Shown here one piece after another: positions 1-9,823 of a stretch of 64,000 nucleotides of DNA (the first letter of the stretch is position 1; the number at the start of each line of letters is the position of its first letter). The translations under genes were made by a program, and so were the position numbers. Below the pieces are notes generated by a model. That model saw only the letters and a list, made by a program, of their open reading frames with translations, searched no databases and was not told the origin of the DNA. This DNA is from a candidate division WS6 bacterium GW2011_GWF2_39_15. GTDB lineage: Bacteria > Patescibacteriota > Dojkabacteria > SC72. The stretch is taken from contig LBWK01000001.1 in the NCBI GenBank assembly GCA_000993565.1, forward strand, positions 492,208 to 556,207, given 5' to 3'.

Positions 1-241
1 TACTTAAAATCAATGAAATATTCTTTAATCTGAGGTTATCAACCTCTTCCTGTGCCTGATGCAGGATCTCTATCTTCTTTATTGTTAGGGAAATAGACTT
101 CCATACATTGTAGATCAAAAAGGCAGATACAATGACAAGAAGGAGGTTAGTAAAAATAGAAAGTACTTTCTTCCTTCCCCCATCGTTATTTTCCAGGTTT
201 CCATGTGTCTTAAATTGTATTTTGGGGTGTTCATTATTCAT
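1..241 (-). CDS. Partial CDS (runs off the window start): FtsB/DivIC-like septum formation initiator. Short N-terminus, one TM, then a coiled coil
   Basis: Minus-strand translation from ATG (complement 239-241) gives MNNEHPKIQFKTHGNLENNDGGRKKVLSIFTNLLLVIVSAFLIYNVWKSISLTIKKIEILHQAQEEVDNLRLKN... with no stop before position 1. The TM plus heptad-like coiled coil is the FtsB/DivIC architecture. It is absent from the ORF track because it is open at the edge. Confidence 0.35.
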   Translation of the reverse strand, partial: MNNEHPKIQFKTHGNLENNDGGRKKVLSIFTNLLLVIVSAFLIYNVWKSISLTIKKIEILHQAQEEVDNLRLKNISLILS

Positions 242-367
242 ACACTATCAGCTTATCAGACTAAATATATTTATCAATACTATTTTTAATCATTGACCCC
301 CCTATATCACAATGCTATAATCCCTATAGTAAGCCCCAACAGGATATGTAATTTAAGTAAACCTTGA

Positions 368-1258
368 ATGAACGCAGTCAAAAACAGCGAGTTTGCACAG
401 CTTCACAGAACATTTACAGATGAGCTTAAGCAAAAGAGCAGGTCTGAATCTACCGTTATAGCGTATGCTAAAGACATCGAGCAGCTTCTCAATTTTTTCA
501 CAACTCGAGCAATAGAGACAATCAAAAAGACCGGTATTGAGGACTTAGAGGCATATAAGACATACTTGCAGGATAACAACTACACTCCCAAGAGTATTTC
601 GAGAAAAATCAACAGTACAAGAACATTCTATAGATTCCTTCTTGAAGCCAATATTATCCAGGAGAACCCTTCAGACAAACTTTCACATCCTAAATTCGAA
701 GTTAAGCCTCCAAGAGTCCTAACCGAAATGGAGTATAGAGCATTAAGAGATGTAAGCCGTGTTGATACAAGATTATATTCAATCATTGAGCTTCTTTTGC
801 AAACCGGAATTAGAATCGGAGAGCTTGCTGCATTAACTCTTGACGATGTGAGAACATCAACCGAAAGTAAGATACCATACCTTTATATCAAGCCGGCAGG
901 CAGCCACCCAGCAAGAAAGGTTCCTCTGAATAAGTCCGCATCAGCCGCAATTGAAGAGTATAAGAAGATAAGACCTGAGAGCGAAGACGAAACCTTATTT
1001 ATAACAAAGAACGGACGTCCCCTACTCGTCAGAAATATAAGAACAACAATAGATAAAGCCTTTGAAAAGGCCGGTATTAAAAATGCCAAAGTTAATGATC
1101 TCAGAAATACTTTCATAGCACATCATCTTTCAAACGGTGTATCATTGGTAACCGTATCAAAACTGGTAGGACACAAGAGATTATCAACTACAGAGAAGTA
1201 TCTGAATCTTCTAAATAACAAGCAGGAGGATCAGGAAAAAGATTTGAAAGAGCTATAA
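368..1258 (+). CDS. Tyrosine site-specific recombinase, XerC/XerD family
   Basis: 296 aa. The N-terminal SAM-like core-binding region (STVIAYAKDIEQLLNFF) and the C-terminal catalytic box (RNTFIAHHLSNGVSLVTVSKLVGHKRLSTTEKYLNL) match the Xer/phage-integrase R..H..R..Y signature. Confidence 0.85.
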   Translation: MNAVKNSEFAQLHRTFTDELKQKSRSESTVIAYAKDIEQLLNFFTTRAIETIKKTGIEDLEAYKTYLQDNNYTPKSISRKINSTRTFYRFLLEANIIQENPSDKLSHPKFEVKPPRVLTEMEYRALRDVSRVDTRLYSIIELLLQTGIRIGELAALTLDDVRTSTESKIPYLYIKPAGSHPARKVPLNKSASAAIEEYKKIRPESEDETLFITKNGRPLLVRNIRTTIDKAFEKAGIKNAKVNDLRNTFIAHHLSNGVSLVTVSKLVGHKRLSTTEKYLNLLNNKQEDQEKDLKEL

Positions 1259-1272
1259 TTATATCCTTCTCG

Positions 1273-2505
1273 TTATTTTTTCTTGTACTCACCGAAAAAT
1301 CCTTCATTCAACCATCTTGCAACAGTTCCCCCGATACCATTTCCCTTGCCTCTCGCGTGCTCCGATTTAATAAAGGGCCAAGGATCTGAACCATTAGGAG
1401 GCTTTAAACTACCTTTGCTTTTTGGAGGAGTAATTGCTTTCAACCATGCATCTGATGGATCATTTGGATCAGATTCTCGCACGCTTATTGTTGTTCTCGG
1501 TTGAGATTTAGGAGCTATTCCAGCTTCAATAACAGCTCGTTTAACAACCTCTCCTACAGGTGCCTGAGGCTGCTCTCTCAAATGATCTTTAACCTTTTTA
1601 TTCCCTCCCTCTCCGCTCCCCCCAGAAGTAGTTACACTTCTACCGTCAGGTGTCGGTTCCTCCTTGGAAGATGACCGGGCACTTGATAATGCTGCAGCTC
1701 CCCCCATCAGAGCAAGAGCTCCAACACCAATTGCTAAGGGTACTACACATACAACAACTGGTATAGATGTCCCATTTGTTTCCGGGACACCATTCGATCC
1801 AGAAGTCGCGACTGGGACGGGAGGATTAGAGTTGGGAGAGTCACCCTGAAATGGAACATCTGAGGGCAGAGTAGTATCTGCAGGTATTGTTGGTTGAACA
1901 GGAATAGGTTCCTGAGATGGCACAGCCGTATTAGATAGAGGTGCTTGTGTTTCTTCCAGCGGTCTGTATGACACGCCAAATATCGAGACCATATCTGCTA
2001 CCGTAACTCGATACCTATAAACAACTATAAATTCCACACCATTTTCGTTTACAACCTCAAATTCAAACGCTCCTCCATTAGGAAAAGATGCTACCCAATG
2101 CCCAGTTGCAGTGTCAAAGTAAGCATCGCCGTACAAAGATCTGCTTTCACTATGATCCATAATAGGATCTTCTCCATTGCCACTCATCCTTCTGACCTCT
2201 CTCATTATCACGTCTAAATCATATGCTCCAGGACAAAGGTTGAACCTTCTCTCATATCCGAAATCGATACTTTCTACACTTTCTACAATATTCCCGCCAC
2301 ATGTCTCAGAAGGATCCTGATATTCAATACCAGATATAAGCCCAGCTTTTCTCGCCTGTTCAAGACCTTTTCTGGTTGCATTGAAATTTGGCCTTCCCAT
2401 TGCAGCAAGATCATCCCTGTCTACATGAAGTATATGCTCATTGGCATTTCTATCCATGGTCATCGGATCATATTGTTGTGCTGTCATTCCTTCGTACATA
2501 TTCAA
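1273..2505 (-). CDS. Hypothetical bitopic membrane protein: about 190-aa N-terminal globular domain, Pro/Thr-rich linker, TM, Lys/Gly-rich C-terminal tail
   Basis: 410-aa ORF. Hydrophobic segment IPVVVCVVPLAIGVGALALMGGAAAL, preceded by a PVQPTIPADTTLPSDVP linker. I recognised no family match. Confidence 0.5.
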   Translation of the reverse strand: MNMYEGMTAQQYDPMTMDRNANEHILHVDRDDLAAMGRPNFNATRKGLEQARKAGLISGIEYQDPSETCGGNIVESVESIDFGYERRFNLCPGAYDLDVIMREVRRMSGNGEDPIMDHSESRSLYGDAYFDTATGHWVASFPNGGAFEFEVVNENGVEFIVVYRYRVTVADMVSIFGVSYRPLEETQAPLSNTAVPSQEPIPVQPTIPADTTLPSDVPFQGDSPNSNPPVPVATSGSNGVPETNGTSIPVVVCVVPLAIGVGALALMGGAAALSSARSSSKEEPTPDGRSVTTSGGSGEGGNKKVKDHLREQPQAPVGEVVKRAVIEAGIAPKSQPRTTISVRESDPNDPSDAWLKAITPPKSKGSLKPPNGSDPWPFIKSEHARGKGNGIGGTVARWLNEGFFGEYKKK

Positions 2506-2741
2506 ACAGGATTATAATGGACTATAGGATATATTTTATCATTTTAACCGATAAAAGGCCACTGTTTCGCAAGATCAAACGATGCCTAATGTTCTCCAGT
2601 TTAATGATACCAGATAAAAATATCGGAAATCCAATACTCTATGACAAATAATTCACAATTGAAGGCTTTGACGTTTCAACCGTAGCAACAAGAGAAAATA
2701 CAGGCTCTACCATCTCTTGCCTCTATTATCAGTGAGTGGGA

Positions 2742-2818
2742 TGGTGGGGGTGGGCGGAATCGAACCGCCGACATCGGCTTTATAAGAACCGCGCTCTAAC
2801 CGACTGAGCTACACCCCC
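2742..2818 (-). tRNA. tRNA-Ile with anticodon UAU (TAT in DNA), CCA encoded
   Basis: Reverse complement GGGGGTGTAGCTCAGTCGGTTAGAGCGCGGTTCTTATAAAGCCGATGTCGGCGGTTCGATTCCGCCCACCCCCACCA folds as a 77-nt cloverleaf. It has a 7-bp acceptor stem, D-arm GCTC/GAGC, anticodon stem CGGTT/AGCCG, loop CTTATAA and T-arm GGCGG-TTCGATT-CCGCC. The body resembles bacterial tRNA-Ile. Confidence 0.75.
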
Positions 2819-2875
2819 CGAAATATGCGTAATTCTACCAAAACTTAGGATATTTTTACATACTCCCCCACTCTT

Positions 2876-5419
2876 TTATCGCAGAGTCAAAGGAGGTGCC
2901 CCGTCTCCACCTGCTGAAGCTCCTTCAGGAGTAGCAAGATCTGCTCTCTGATTAATCTCCTGCTCCACAACTTTAACATCTCTACCATATTTAAGCCTCG
3001 ATAAATCCTTTATCTTCTTTGAAATCTCTTTATTCACAGGCAGTTCAAATCCTGACTGAGGATAGTTAGGCCCGTAAGAAGAATCAAGGGAGAATGGAGA
3101 TGGATACTTACCATCACAGATAAGTTTTACATACCAGTGAAGGTTAGCCTGGTTCATAAGGTCATTAGCCGTAAATATCGGCTCGTATTGAGACTCCAAG
3201 AACTTAGCATCTTCCGGACCTGTTCTTGCAATCATCAAGGTTCCTACGTTACCGAAAATAGCTGCTTTAACATGCTCTTCCATCTGAGCAATGTACTGGT
3301 TGGCAACCGTAAGGTTGAGGCGATACTTTCTAGCTTCAGATAGAATGGAAGCAAACTCTTCCGTAGCAAAGTTCTGAAACTCATCAACATAGAAGAAGAA
3401 ATCCCTTCTCTCCTCTTCCGGAATATCTTCACGGGAAAGGGCTGCTGCTATCATTTTAGGAATAAGCAAAGTCCCCAGGAACTGCATATTCTCCTCACCG
3501 ATAAGACCTTTGGAAAGGTTAACAATAAGGATTTTTCCGCTATCCATAACCTCTCTCATATTAAATGAAGATTGTGACTGCCCTATAATATTTCTAACTG
3601 CAAGGTTGGTTACAAAACGGTCAAACTTGGAGGTAATATAACCCAGTGTCTCGGATTTGTGGAAGTCGCTTGTCTTGGCAATCTGGTCCGTCCAGAACCT
3701 CTTGACCATATCATCCTTAATCAAAGGCATCCATTTCTCATCCACCCACTTCTGATCGGTAAGAATACGGAGAACTTCAACAAAGGTAGATCCATGAACC
3801 GACATAGCAGTAAGCATTGCGTTACGAACCGACCTCTCAAGAATAGGTCCTACGATTCCCTGGTTATGAGGGTCAAACAGCTTTTTAAGAAGTCCTATAA
3901 ATCCATTAACGATCCTATGTTTATCCTGCTCATCCGTAAACTCCATGAGATTAAAACCGAACGGCCTCTCAAAGTCAGAAACGTCGAAATAGATAACATC
4001 CTCTGCCCTCTCATGCGGAATACGGTCCAGCACCATCTGTGCGGTCTGTCCGTGCGGATCTATAAAACATACTCCGTCCCCATTATAAATATCCTGCATT
4101 ATCATTCTCACCTGAAGCCATGATTTACCTGAACCTGTCTGTCCAAGAATATATGCATGTCTTCTTCTATCATCTCTCTTAAAACAGATTCTCTTTCTCT
4201 TTCCCCTAAAAATATTGTCGCCTATCCATACCGTATCCTTGGAGTTAACCTCTGAGCTTATCCAGTTGGCAGCAGGAGCTTCTTTGGCCAACAGCCAGTT
4301 TATATTAGGAGTAGTTATATTCTTGTTCGGGAAGTGATACAGCGAAGCCAGCTCTTCAATATTTAGAATAGAGCCACTCTTCAACGGCATTCTTCTGAAT
4401 ATAACATCATTCATAAAATCCCTACCCTTAAGCTTGTTAAGTTTCTCTTTCTTAAACTCATTAATACCAGGGTTAGCAAACTGATCAAACGCCCCCACAA
4501 TATTATTCAAGTGCATATTAGCGATCTCAATATCAGATGCAGCTGTAACTATTCTTATTGCTGTCCTAAAACCAATCTTAGAAGTCTTTTTACTAATTGC
4601 CTGAAGCTGTTCCTGACTTACTCCAATCCTCTTTTTTTCAGGATCAGAGTTGGTTTCCTCAACTCTTTGAACAAACTTTCTGCCATTCTTCTGCCACTTG
4701 CTCCCCGCTGGTGTTATTACAAGCTGAATCATAGCTCCCTCTTTATCCTCCATCTTGCTTAAAGTACTTAATACATTGGCAATTGGGTCACCGGAAAAAT
4801 CTTCTGCAACTTTCATAGGGTAGTACGACTCATCAGTTTGTACCAAACTTGCATATGCAACTTTGGAGTTCTCATCAAAAATATTGTACTCATCAGAAAC
4901 TTCTATCTGAGCTTCCTGATACGACCCAAGGATCTGTTTTTCAACCAGATCGGCAAGCTTCTTCGATGCATGAACGTAAAAACGTATTTCACCAGGAAGC
5001 CCTACTATTTCAAAGCTGATGCTATTACCCACAGTTAAATATTTCTGAATACCTTTCCCTATCCCGCCGATTCCGTAAAGGTTGGCAAACATCTGTTCGG
5101 CAACTCCGACTTCAATCTCATTTCCTCTTGGCGCCCTAATCTCCATCAGTACTCCGCGGGAACTTTTCTCATCACGATCCTTTCTTTTAAGAAAATTGGA
5201 GTAGTAGTAGAGAAGAGCTAATACACTACCTACAACCATGGCAAGCACAAATATCCATGTAAAGACACTCAAAAAGGATACCCCAAAGGTGGAATCGTCG
5301 ATATTTGAATAAGAATCATCAGGATAATTAACACTTTCACCTGGGGTAACTTCACCAGGTTGAATAGGCCCAACAGTTTGCGAGTATATTAGGTTAGTAT
5401 AATCGAGAGCAGTTCGCAT
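2876..5419 (-). CDS. Type IV secretion system ATPase of the VirB4/VirD4 (TraC/TraG) superfamily, with an N-terminal membrane anchor
   Basis: 847 aa. The N-terminal hydrophobic stretch FGVSFLSVFTWIFVLAMVVGSVLALLYYY could be one or two TM helices. Walker A is YILGQTGSGKSW. The Walker B region FFFYVDEFQNF has a DEF motif of coupling-protein type; canonical VirB4 has DEAW. The size is closer to VirB4. Confidence 0.7.
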   Translation of the reverse strand: MRTALDYTNLIYSQTVGPIQPGEVTPGESVNYPDDSYSNIDDSTFGVSFLSVFTWIFVLAMVVGSVLALLYYYSNFLKRKDRDEKSSRGVLMEIRAPRGNEIEVGVAEQMFANLYGIGGIGKGIQKYLTVGNSISFEIVGLPGEIRFYVHASKKLADLVEKQILGSYQEAQIEVSDEYNIFDENSKVAYASLVQTDESYYPMKVAEDFSGDPIANVLSTLSKMEDKEGAMIQLVITPAGSKWQKNGRKFVQRVEETNSDPEKKRIGVSQEQLQAISKKTSKIGFRTAIRIVTAASDIEIANMHLNNIVGAFDQFANPGINEFKKEKLNKLKGRDFMNDVIFRRMPLKSGSILNIEELASLYHFPNKNITTPNINWLLAKEAPAANWISSEVNSKDTVWIGDNIFRGKRKRICFKRDDRRRHAYILGQTGSGKSWLQVRMIMQDIYNGDGVCFIDPHGQTAQMVLDRIPHERAEDVIYFDVSDFERPFGFNLMEFTDEQDKHRIVNGFIGLLKKLFDPHNQGIVGPILERSVRNAMLTAMSVHGSTFVEVLRILTDQKWVDEKWMPLIKDDMVKRFWTDQIAKTSDFHKSETLGYITSKFDRFVTNLAVRNIIGQSQSSFNMREVMDSGKILIVNLSKGLIGEENMQFLGTLLIPKMIAAALSREDIPEEERRDFFFYVDEFQNFATEEFASILSEARKYRLNLTVANQYIAQMEEHVKAAIFGNVGTLMIARTGPEDAKFLESQYEPIFTANDLMNQANLHWYVKLICDGKYPSPFSLDSSYGPNYPQSGFELPVNKEISKKIKDLSRLKYGRDVKVVEQEINQRADLATPEGASAGGDGAPPLTLR

Positions 5420-5473
5420 TTGCTAATCGAGATAGATTATTATAGAAAGAATAGCATAAAAAGCCCTTATTTT

Positions 5474-6046
5474 CTATTCGCTCAGAATAGCAAAAATCTT
5501 TTTAATAAGGGTTGCGGCCCATGTTTTGCCATCTTCTACTTCACCTGTTTCTGAAATTTCTTTTGAGTTTCTTGCCACATTATCATCTACCTGATAGCCG
5601 AAAAGCGTAAATGTCTGAGTATTGGCATGCGAAGCTGTCTCCTCCGCTATTCTTGCCTTCTCCTCTGCAGAGACCTGAGGCTGCTCAGGTTTAACTTCTT
5701 CCAAGCTCTCTTTTTCCTTAACCTCACTAACTGCCTTTGCAAACTCTCTTGATTCATCACTAACTTCGTTTATCTTTTCGACAGTCGGGGCTGATACCTC
5801 TTTAACAGCTTCATCTGCTTCTAACGGAGTTTGGGAGCTTTGAACAATCTGCTCTTGAGGCTTAGGACCTAAATATTTATCTAAGATATTATTCTGTCGA
5901 AGAATATCCTTCTTCTGATCAAGGGTAAGAGTAGTCCAGACACCCTCAGGAAGTATGCCTACAAGCTCTTTAGGAAGAAGGTGAAGCCATTTCCCCTCCT
6001 CTGATCTTTTAACCTCTAAATTGTTTGCTATAGGCGTATCATTCAT
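5474..6046 (-). CDS. Hypothetical acidic, Glu/Lys-rich protein
   Basis: 190-aa ORF directly downstream of smpB in the transcription direction. It has a low-complexity acidic centre and no recognisable domain. Confidence 0.45.
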   Translation of the reverse strand: MNDTPIANNLEVKRSEEGKWLHLLPKELVGILPEGVWTTLTLDQKKDILRQNNILDKYLGPKPQEQIVQSSQTPLEADEAVKEVSAPTVEKINEVSDESREFAKAVSEVKEKESLEEVKPEQPQVSAEEKARIAEETASHANTQTFTLFGYQVDDNVARNSKEISETGEVEDGKTWAATLIKKIFAILSE

Positions 6047-6051
6047 ACGGT

Positions 6052-6495
6052 CTATTTTACCATATACTTTAGCTTGTCTCTATGGAGTTCTCTATCCAGG
6101 TCCCTCTCTTTCTGAACGTTCTTTTTTTCATAGGTTTTCTTTCCTCTTCCTACTCCTACAAGTACTTTAGCTCTTCCATGCTTAAAGTACATTTTAAGTG
6201 GAACTAGAGTCCCTCCCCACTGCTTACTCTTACTGGCAAGCTGGATCAGCTCTTTTCTGTGTACAAGCAATTTGCGTGTTTTTTTGGAATCATATTTGGG
6301 GTCATTTGCATATTTAAATCTCGCGATATCTGCATTAATAAGGAAAAGCTCCTCCCCAATTACTTTAACAAAAGAATCTTTAAGATCAACCCTGCCGTCC
6401 CGTATCGACTTAACCTCAGCCCCTGTAAGAATTATACCGGCCTCAACGGTCTCTTTGATGTCGTAATTGAATTTTGCTTTACGGTTTTCTAACAT
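6052..6495 (-). CDS. smpB: SsrA-binding protein SmpB
   Basis: 147 aa. NRKAKFNYDIKETVEAGIILTGAEVKSIRDGRVDLKDSFV...DPKYDSKKTRKLLVHRKEL...GGTLVPLKMYFKHGRAKVLVGVGRGKK matches the SmpB consensus over its whole length. Confidence 0.9.
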   Translation of the reverse strand: MLENRKAKFNYDIKETVEAGIILTGAEVKSIRDGRVDLKDSFVKVIGEELFLINADIARFKYANDPKYDSKKTRKLLVHRKELIQLASKSKQWGGTLVPLKMYFKHGRAKVLVGVGRGKKTYEKKNVQKERDLDRELHRDKLKYMVK

Positions 6496-6513
6496 GCAGG
6501 AATTATACCACTA

Positions 6514-8841
6514 CTAGTTGATATTCACCTTCCAAACTACTGTGCCATCCAGAATATATGCCTGATTCTCCTGAGAATCTACAACCAGGTCTGCAACATT
6601 TTTAAAAGCCTCCTTCTGATCACCACGGTATTGGTACTCATTTATAAGAACCATTTCGTTAGGATGTCTCAGATCTCCTCCTCCTTCTTTCGGTTTTTCG
6701 AACACCAGCATTCTATTCTTCTCCCCTGACTCAAAGACATAAAGAAGGTTATCAAGCGTAGCCCCCGTATAACCAGCAATCGGACTCTCTACTTCCGGAA
6801 TTGGCCCCGATACCGTCACAGGAGACTTATCAACCTTCCCAGTGCCGTAGTTATATGAGAACCTTTCCAGTCCAGTTGTTAAGACATATATTGCCAAATC
6901 CCCGAAGAAATCCTGGGAACCGACAAAAGTATCGGAAGAGATATACACAAAAGGAAGTGAGTATCCCCCACCTGTGAAAGTAGCTTTGTATATTGCCTTT
7001 TCAGATTGGCTCAAGAGATAGATATTATCATTCTGAGTAAATACAGCAAACTCAGCCACCGTCCCTACACCCAAATCATCAGCCCCCAAACCAGTGAGAG
7101 ATTGGAAGTCTTTGTTATTTCTATTGTTATCAAACTGAGATCTTACTACCCCTGCTACGTCATCATAAACATAGACCCCTTTTGCTCCTATATCAACAAA
7201 TCTCGGTGACTGAAGAACTCCATCCTTATCCGGCAGTTTTGTAACCTTTTTGTCAAAAAGATTTATTTTATACACAGCCTTTAAACCATTATCAACTACG
7301 TAGAGAAACTCGTTTTGGAACTCATCCTTGTCAGTGGTAATATCACTCGGTTTAGATTCTGAACCTAAAGCAATGCGAGTGCTCATAAACGTCTCTATGC
7401 TACCATCTTTTTCACTTACCCAAATCCTTTTGGATACCTTATCATCAATTTCTGATAGCTGAGATTTAATCTCATTCAACTTTTTCCCATCGGTAACAGA
7501 CAACTCCTTCCCAGCCAGTTTCTTAAGTTCCTCATTTGACTGGAAAAGATAATTCTCTGCTGATTCCACATCAGCAGGTAGGCTTGATTCTGCCTGCTTA
7601 ACAAGGCTATCTACCGTACTAAATACTGCATTTGCCGTCTTACTCAATTCCCGAGCTTCTTTCGCTTGGATACTCAACTTCACACCTCCTAACACCACAA
7701 CAACGAGAAGGACAAGAAGAATGATAATCCCAAATCTCTTGCCTCTCACTCCCGATTCCCTGTACCCATCAATCTTCATCCCATACGCTGACTGGCCGCC
7801 AGTAAGTTTCATAGCTGACAATTTGGCTTTAATTCGTTTGTACCAAAGCTTTCTCCCATACTTATCATCAAACAGCCTCCAAAGCACCTGCCCCAACCTA
7901 TCAAACAATCTTTGAACAAACTTTCCAACCGGTGAAACAATTAGAAGAATAGCGTTCCACACCTTCAAAAGGATGTTTCTCACCTTTCCCCAGATATCAA
8001 CGACCTTAACCCTAAAAGCCTCCCATTTTTCTTTGTCAAATTTGGGCATTGAGATTCTTCCGATTCTCAACACAGGCTTCTTTTCAATTGGATCCGAACT
8101 AACGGCTATCTCTGAAGCCACTTCATCTGCTTTAACCTCTTCTACCTCTGCCTCCTGAGGTGTTGAAATTACTTGTTCAACGGGAGCGGCTACTTCTTCA
8201 ACCTCAGGTTCTTCTTCATAAAACTGAGCACGGGAGAGTATTAAAAGTCCTTCACCTGGGCTCAAATGATCTGACAATTTTTCTAACCTTCCCGTCCATT
8301 CTTCACCCGTAATTTTACCCACAAAAGAGCTGAATAGTCCCTGAGAACTTATAATGACCTTATCATTCTGCCCTAATGCAAAACTCCCTGCTACAACCCT
8401 ATTTTTATTTAATATCTCTGATATATTTACAAAGTTCTCCCCTTTGTTCACAAATACTTCCTGCTCTCCAAAAACTCCTAGATACGCAGTAGCGTTCTTC
8501 ACGGCAACAATGCCGAAGCTTAAATCTATACCCTCTTCCTGAACCTTTCTGTCGTTTTTTAAAAGCTCAAGAAGTTTTTTAGAACCGGCCGTTATTGATC
8601 TTTTAACATCTTCAGTAGTTGAAGCCGAATTGGAAGCGGAGTACGTTTCGAGAATCGCCTCCCATACGAATTTTAAGGCAGTAGAAGCATAACCTTCGGG
8701 GGTTTTGGAAACGGTTATAAGAGCATACAACTCTCCTTTTGCCATAGCAGCTTTCCGATCTGTTGGAGCATATTTATACACATTGCTAACGGCCTGAGTA
8801 TCTACATCATCACTGATGTATCTCTTTACATATAAGGGCAT
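6514..8841 (-). CDS. Hypothetical membrane protein: about 380-aa cytoplasmic N-terminal domain, one TM, coiled coil, C-terminal beta-propeller-like repeats
   Basis: 775 aa. TM is FGIIILLVLLVVVVLGGV. The C-terminal third shows repeated blades of the pattern Y-V-x-D...K-x-V-Y-K (YVVDNGLKAVYKINL, VYVYDDVAGVV, IYLLSQSEKAIYKATF, IYVLTTGLERFSY, LYVFESGEKNRMLVF, AYILDGTVVWKVN). Confidence 0.55.
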   Translation of the reverse strand: MPLYVKRYISDDVDTQAVSNVYKYAPTDRKAAMAKGELYALITVSKTPEGYASTALKFVWEAILETYSASNSASTTEDVKRSITAGSKKLLELLKNDRKVQEEGIDLSFGIVAVKNATAYLGVFGEQEVFVNKGENFVNISEILNKNRVVAGSFALGQNDKVIISSQGLFSSFVGKITGEEWTGRLEKLSDHLSPGEGLLILSRAQFYEEEPEVEEVAAPVEQVISTPQEAEVEEVKADEVASEIAVSSDPIEKKPVLRIGRISMPKFDKEKWEAFRVKVVDIWGKVRNILLKVWNAILLIVSPVGKFVQRLFDRLGQVLWRLFDDKYGRKLWYKRIKAKLSAMKLTGGQSAYGMKIDGYRESGVRGKRFGIIILLVLLVVVVLGGVKLSIQAKEARELSKTANAVFSTVDSLVKQAESSLPADVESAENYLFQSNEELKKLAGKELSVTDGKKLNEIKSQLSEIDDKVSKRIWVSEKDGSIETFMSTRIALGSESKPSDITTDKDEFQNEFLYVVDNGLKAVYKINLFDKKVTKLPDKDGVLQSPRFVDIGAKGVYVYDDVAGVVRSQFDNNRNNKDFQSLTGLGADDLGVGTVAEFAVFTQNDNIYLLSQSEKAIYKATFTGGGYSLPFVYISSDTFVGSQDFFGDLAIYVLTTGLERFSYNYGTGKVDKSPVTVSGPIPEVESPIAGYTGATLDNLLYVFESGEKNRMLVFEKPKEGGGDLRHPNEMVLINEYQYRGDQKEAFKNVADLVVDSQENQAYILDGTVVWKVNIN

Positions 8842-8845
8842 GTTT

Positions 8846-9097
8846 TTAACCTACAAGAATTAATATCACAGAGAAAAGACCCCCAACTACAGCAAGCAAA
8901 AGATGTATATATGAAAGAAGAAGCATCGTTTTATTCGAAGAGGTCTTAACTGTATCATTAAGTATCCTTACTCTTAACGTTAAAAGGAAGGAGTATATGA
9001 CATAACCAAATATAATAACAAGGAAGAGGAGTTTAAAAACTCCCTCAGTTCCTGCAATCGGCCAGTTAATTGTATTTATTCCGTCCAAAAAATCCAT
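8846..9097 (-). CDS. Small 2-TM membrane protein, VirB3-sized
   Basis: 83 aa with two hydrophobic helices. The start overlaps the stop of the upstream gene at 9097 (ATGA coupling). Confidence 0.45.
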   Translation of the reverse strand: MDFLDGINTINWPIAGTEGVFKLLFLVIIFGYVIYSFLLTLRVRILNDTVKTSSNKTMLLLSYIHLLLAVVGGLFSVILILVG

Positions 9098-9714
9098 TAT
9101 ATTTGCCCTTTCTGTTTTAATTCAAGCAGATCAAGAAGAGTATCCTGAATATCTCTTGGTCTTGGGACCCCAGTAAACTCAAATTCAGGCTTGGTTCCCG
9201 CAGTCTGAATATACACATCACCATAATCAAAAATACTGCTCAATAACCCGCTTGGAGCATGTGATACATCTTCAATCTTTTCCAACTGTGCTTCCGAAAA
9301 CCTGTGAAAGAGGACATTATTAAAGTCCACATCTATAATTCTCTGGTCAGTAACAATGTTGACTGAGTAGTACCATTTAAGGAAAGTATCTATAGCCGTA
9401 CTAATAGCAAGGAGAAGAAAAAGTGTTCCCACTCCTAAAGCAAATGCAAAATTAAGCCCCTCAATATCTCTGAAAACACTTAGTACAAGCACAGGGGCGA
9501 ACAACAAAACCAGAATCAAAAAATACTGGGGTATAAAAACAGCCGGATGTCTTCTGACTACAAGAACAACACTCTCCCCTTTATCCTGTCCATTAAAAGA
9601 GATATTCGTAGGGAAGACCCCGAAACTCCCTACCCTGTTCGTTCCGGCTTCACTCGAAAGATTTGCTATGAATGATTTTTTCCCTTTTAAGAATTTCTTT
9701 GGTATGTGTCCCAT
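9097..9714 (-). CDS. Membrane-flanked bacterial PH-domain protein (bPH_2/YdbT-like)
   Basis: 205 aa. Two TM helices (FIPQYFLILVLLFAPVLVLSV; LGVGTLFLLLAISTAI), then YYSVNIVTDQRIIDVDF...SGLLSSIFDYGDVYIQTAGTKPEFEFTGVPRP, typical of DUF304/bPH_2. Confidence 0.65.
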   Translation of the reverse strand: MGHIPKKFLKGKKSFIANLSSEAGTNRVGSFGVFPTNISFNGQDKGESVVLVVRRHPAVFIPQYFLILVLLFAPVLVLSVFRDIEGLNFAFALGVGTLFLLLAISTAIDTFLKWYYSVNIVTDQRIIDVDFNNVLFHRFSEAQLEKIEDVSHAPSGLLSSIFDYGDVYIQTAGTKPEFEFTGVPRPRDIQDTLLDLLELKQKGQI

Positions 9715-9823
9715 GCTAGTTCAAGATAGCATAAATACATTAGAAGGACAAGATTAAAGCGATGACATAGATAGACTTTTTTGATATATTACTGATAACA
9801 CAATAAGTTTATCTATAAGACCG

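Noticed and set aside
883-1116. Numerous short antisense or alternative-frame ORFs in the track. Examples are 883..1116, 3659..4123, 15777..16109, 40135..40605, 47486..47926, 19701..19901 and 60626..60850.
   Set aside because: Each lies inside a longer, well-supported ORF, or overlaps a tRNA on the other strand, and lacks motifs. These are shadow ORFs typical of AT-rich sequence.
368-2818. Integrase plus tRNA interpreted as a prophage or ICE boundary.
   Set aside because: The recombinase has a XerC/XerD-type catalytic box and chromosomal size. It is flanked by a core division gene (FtsB-like). No phage structural, relaxase or repeated tRNA 3'-end sequences are visible within the window. Kept only as a low-weight possibility under the tRNA-Ile finding.
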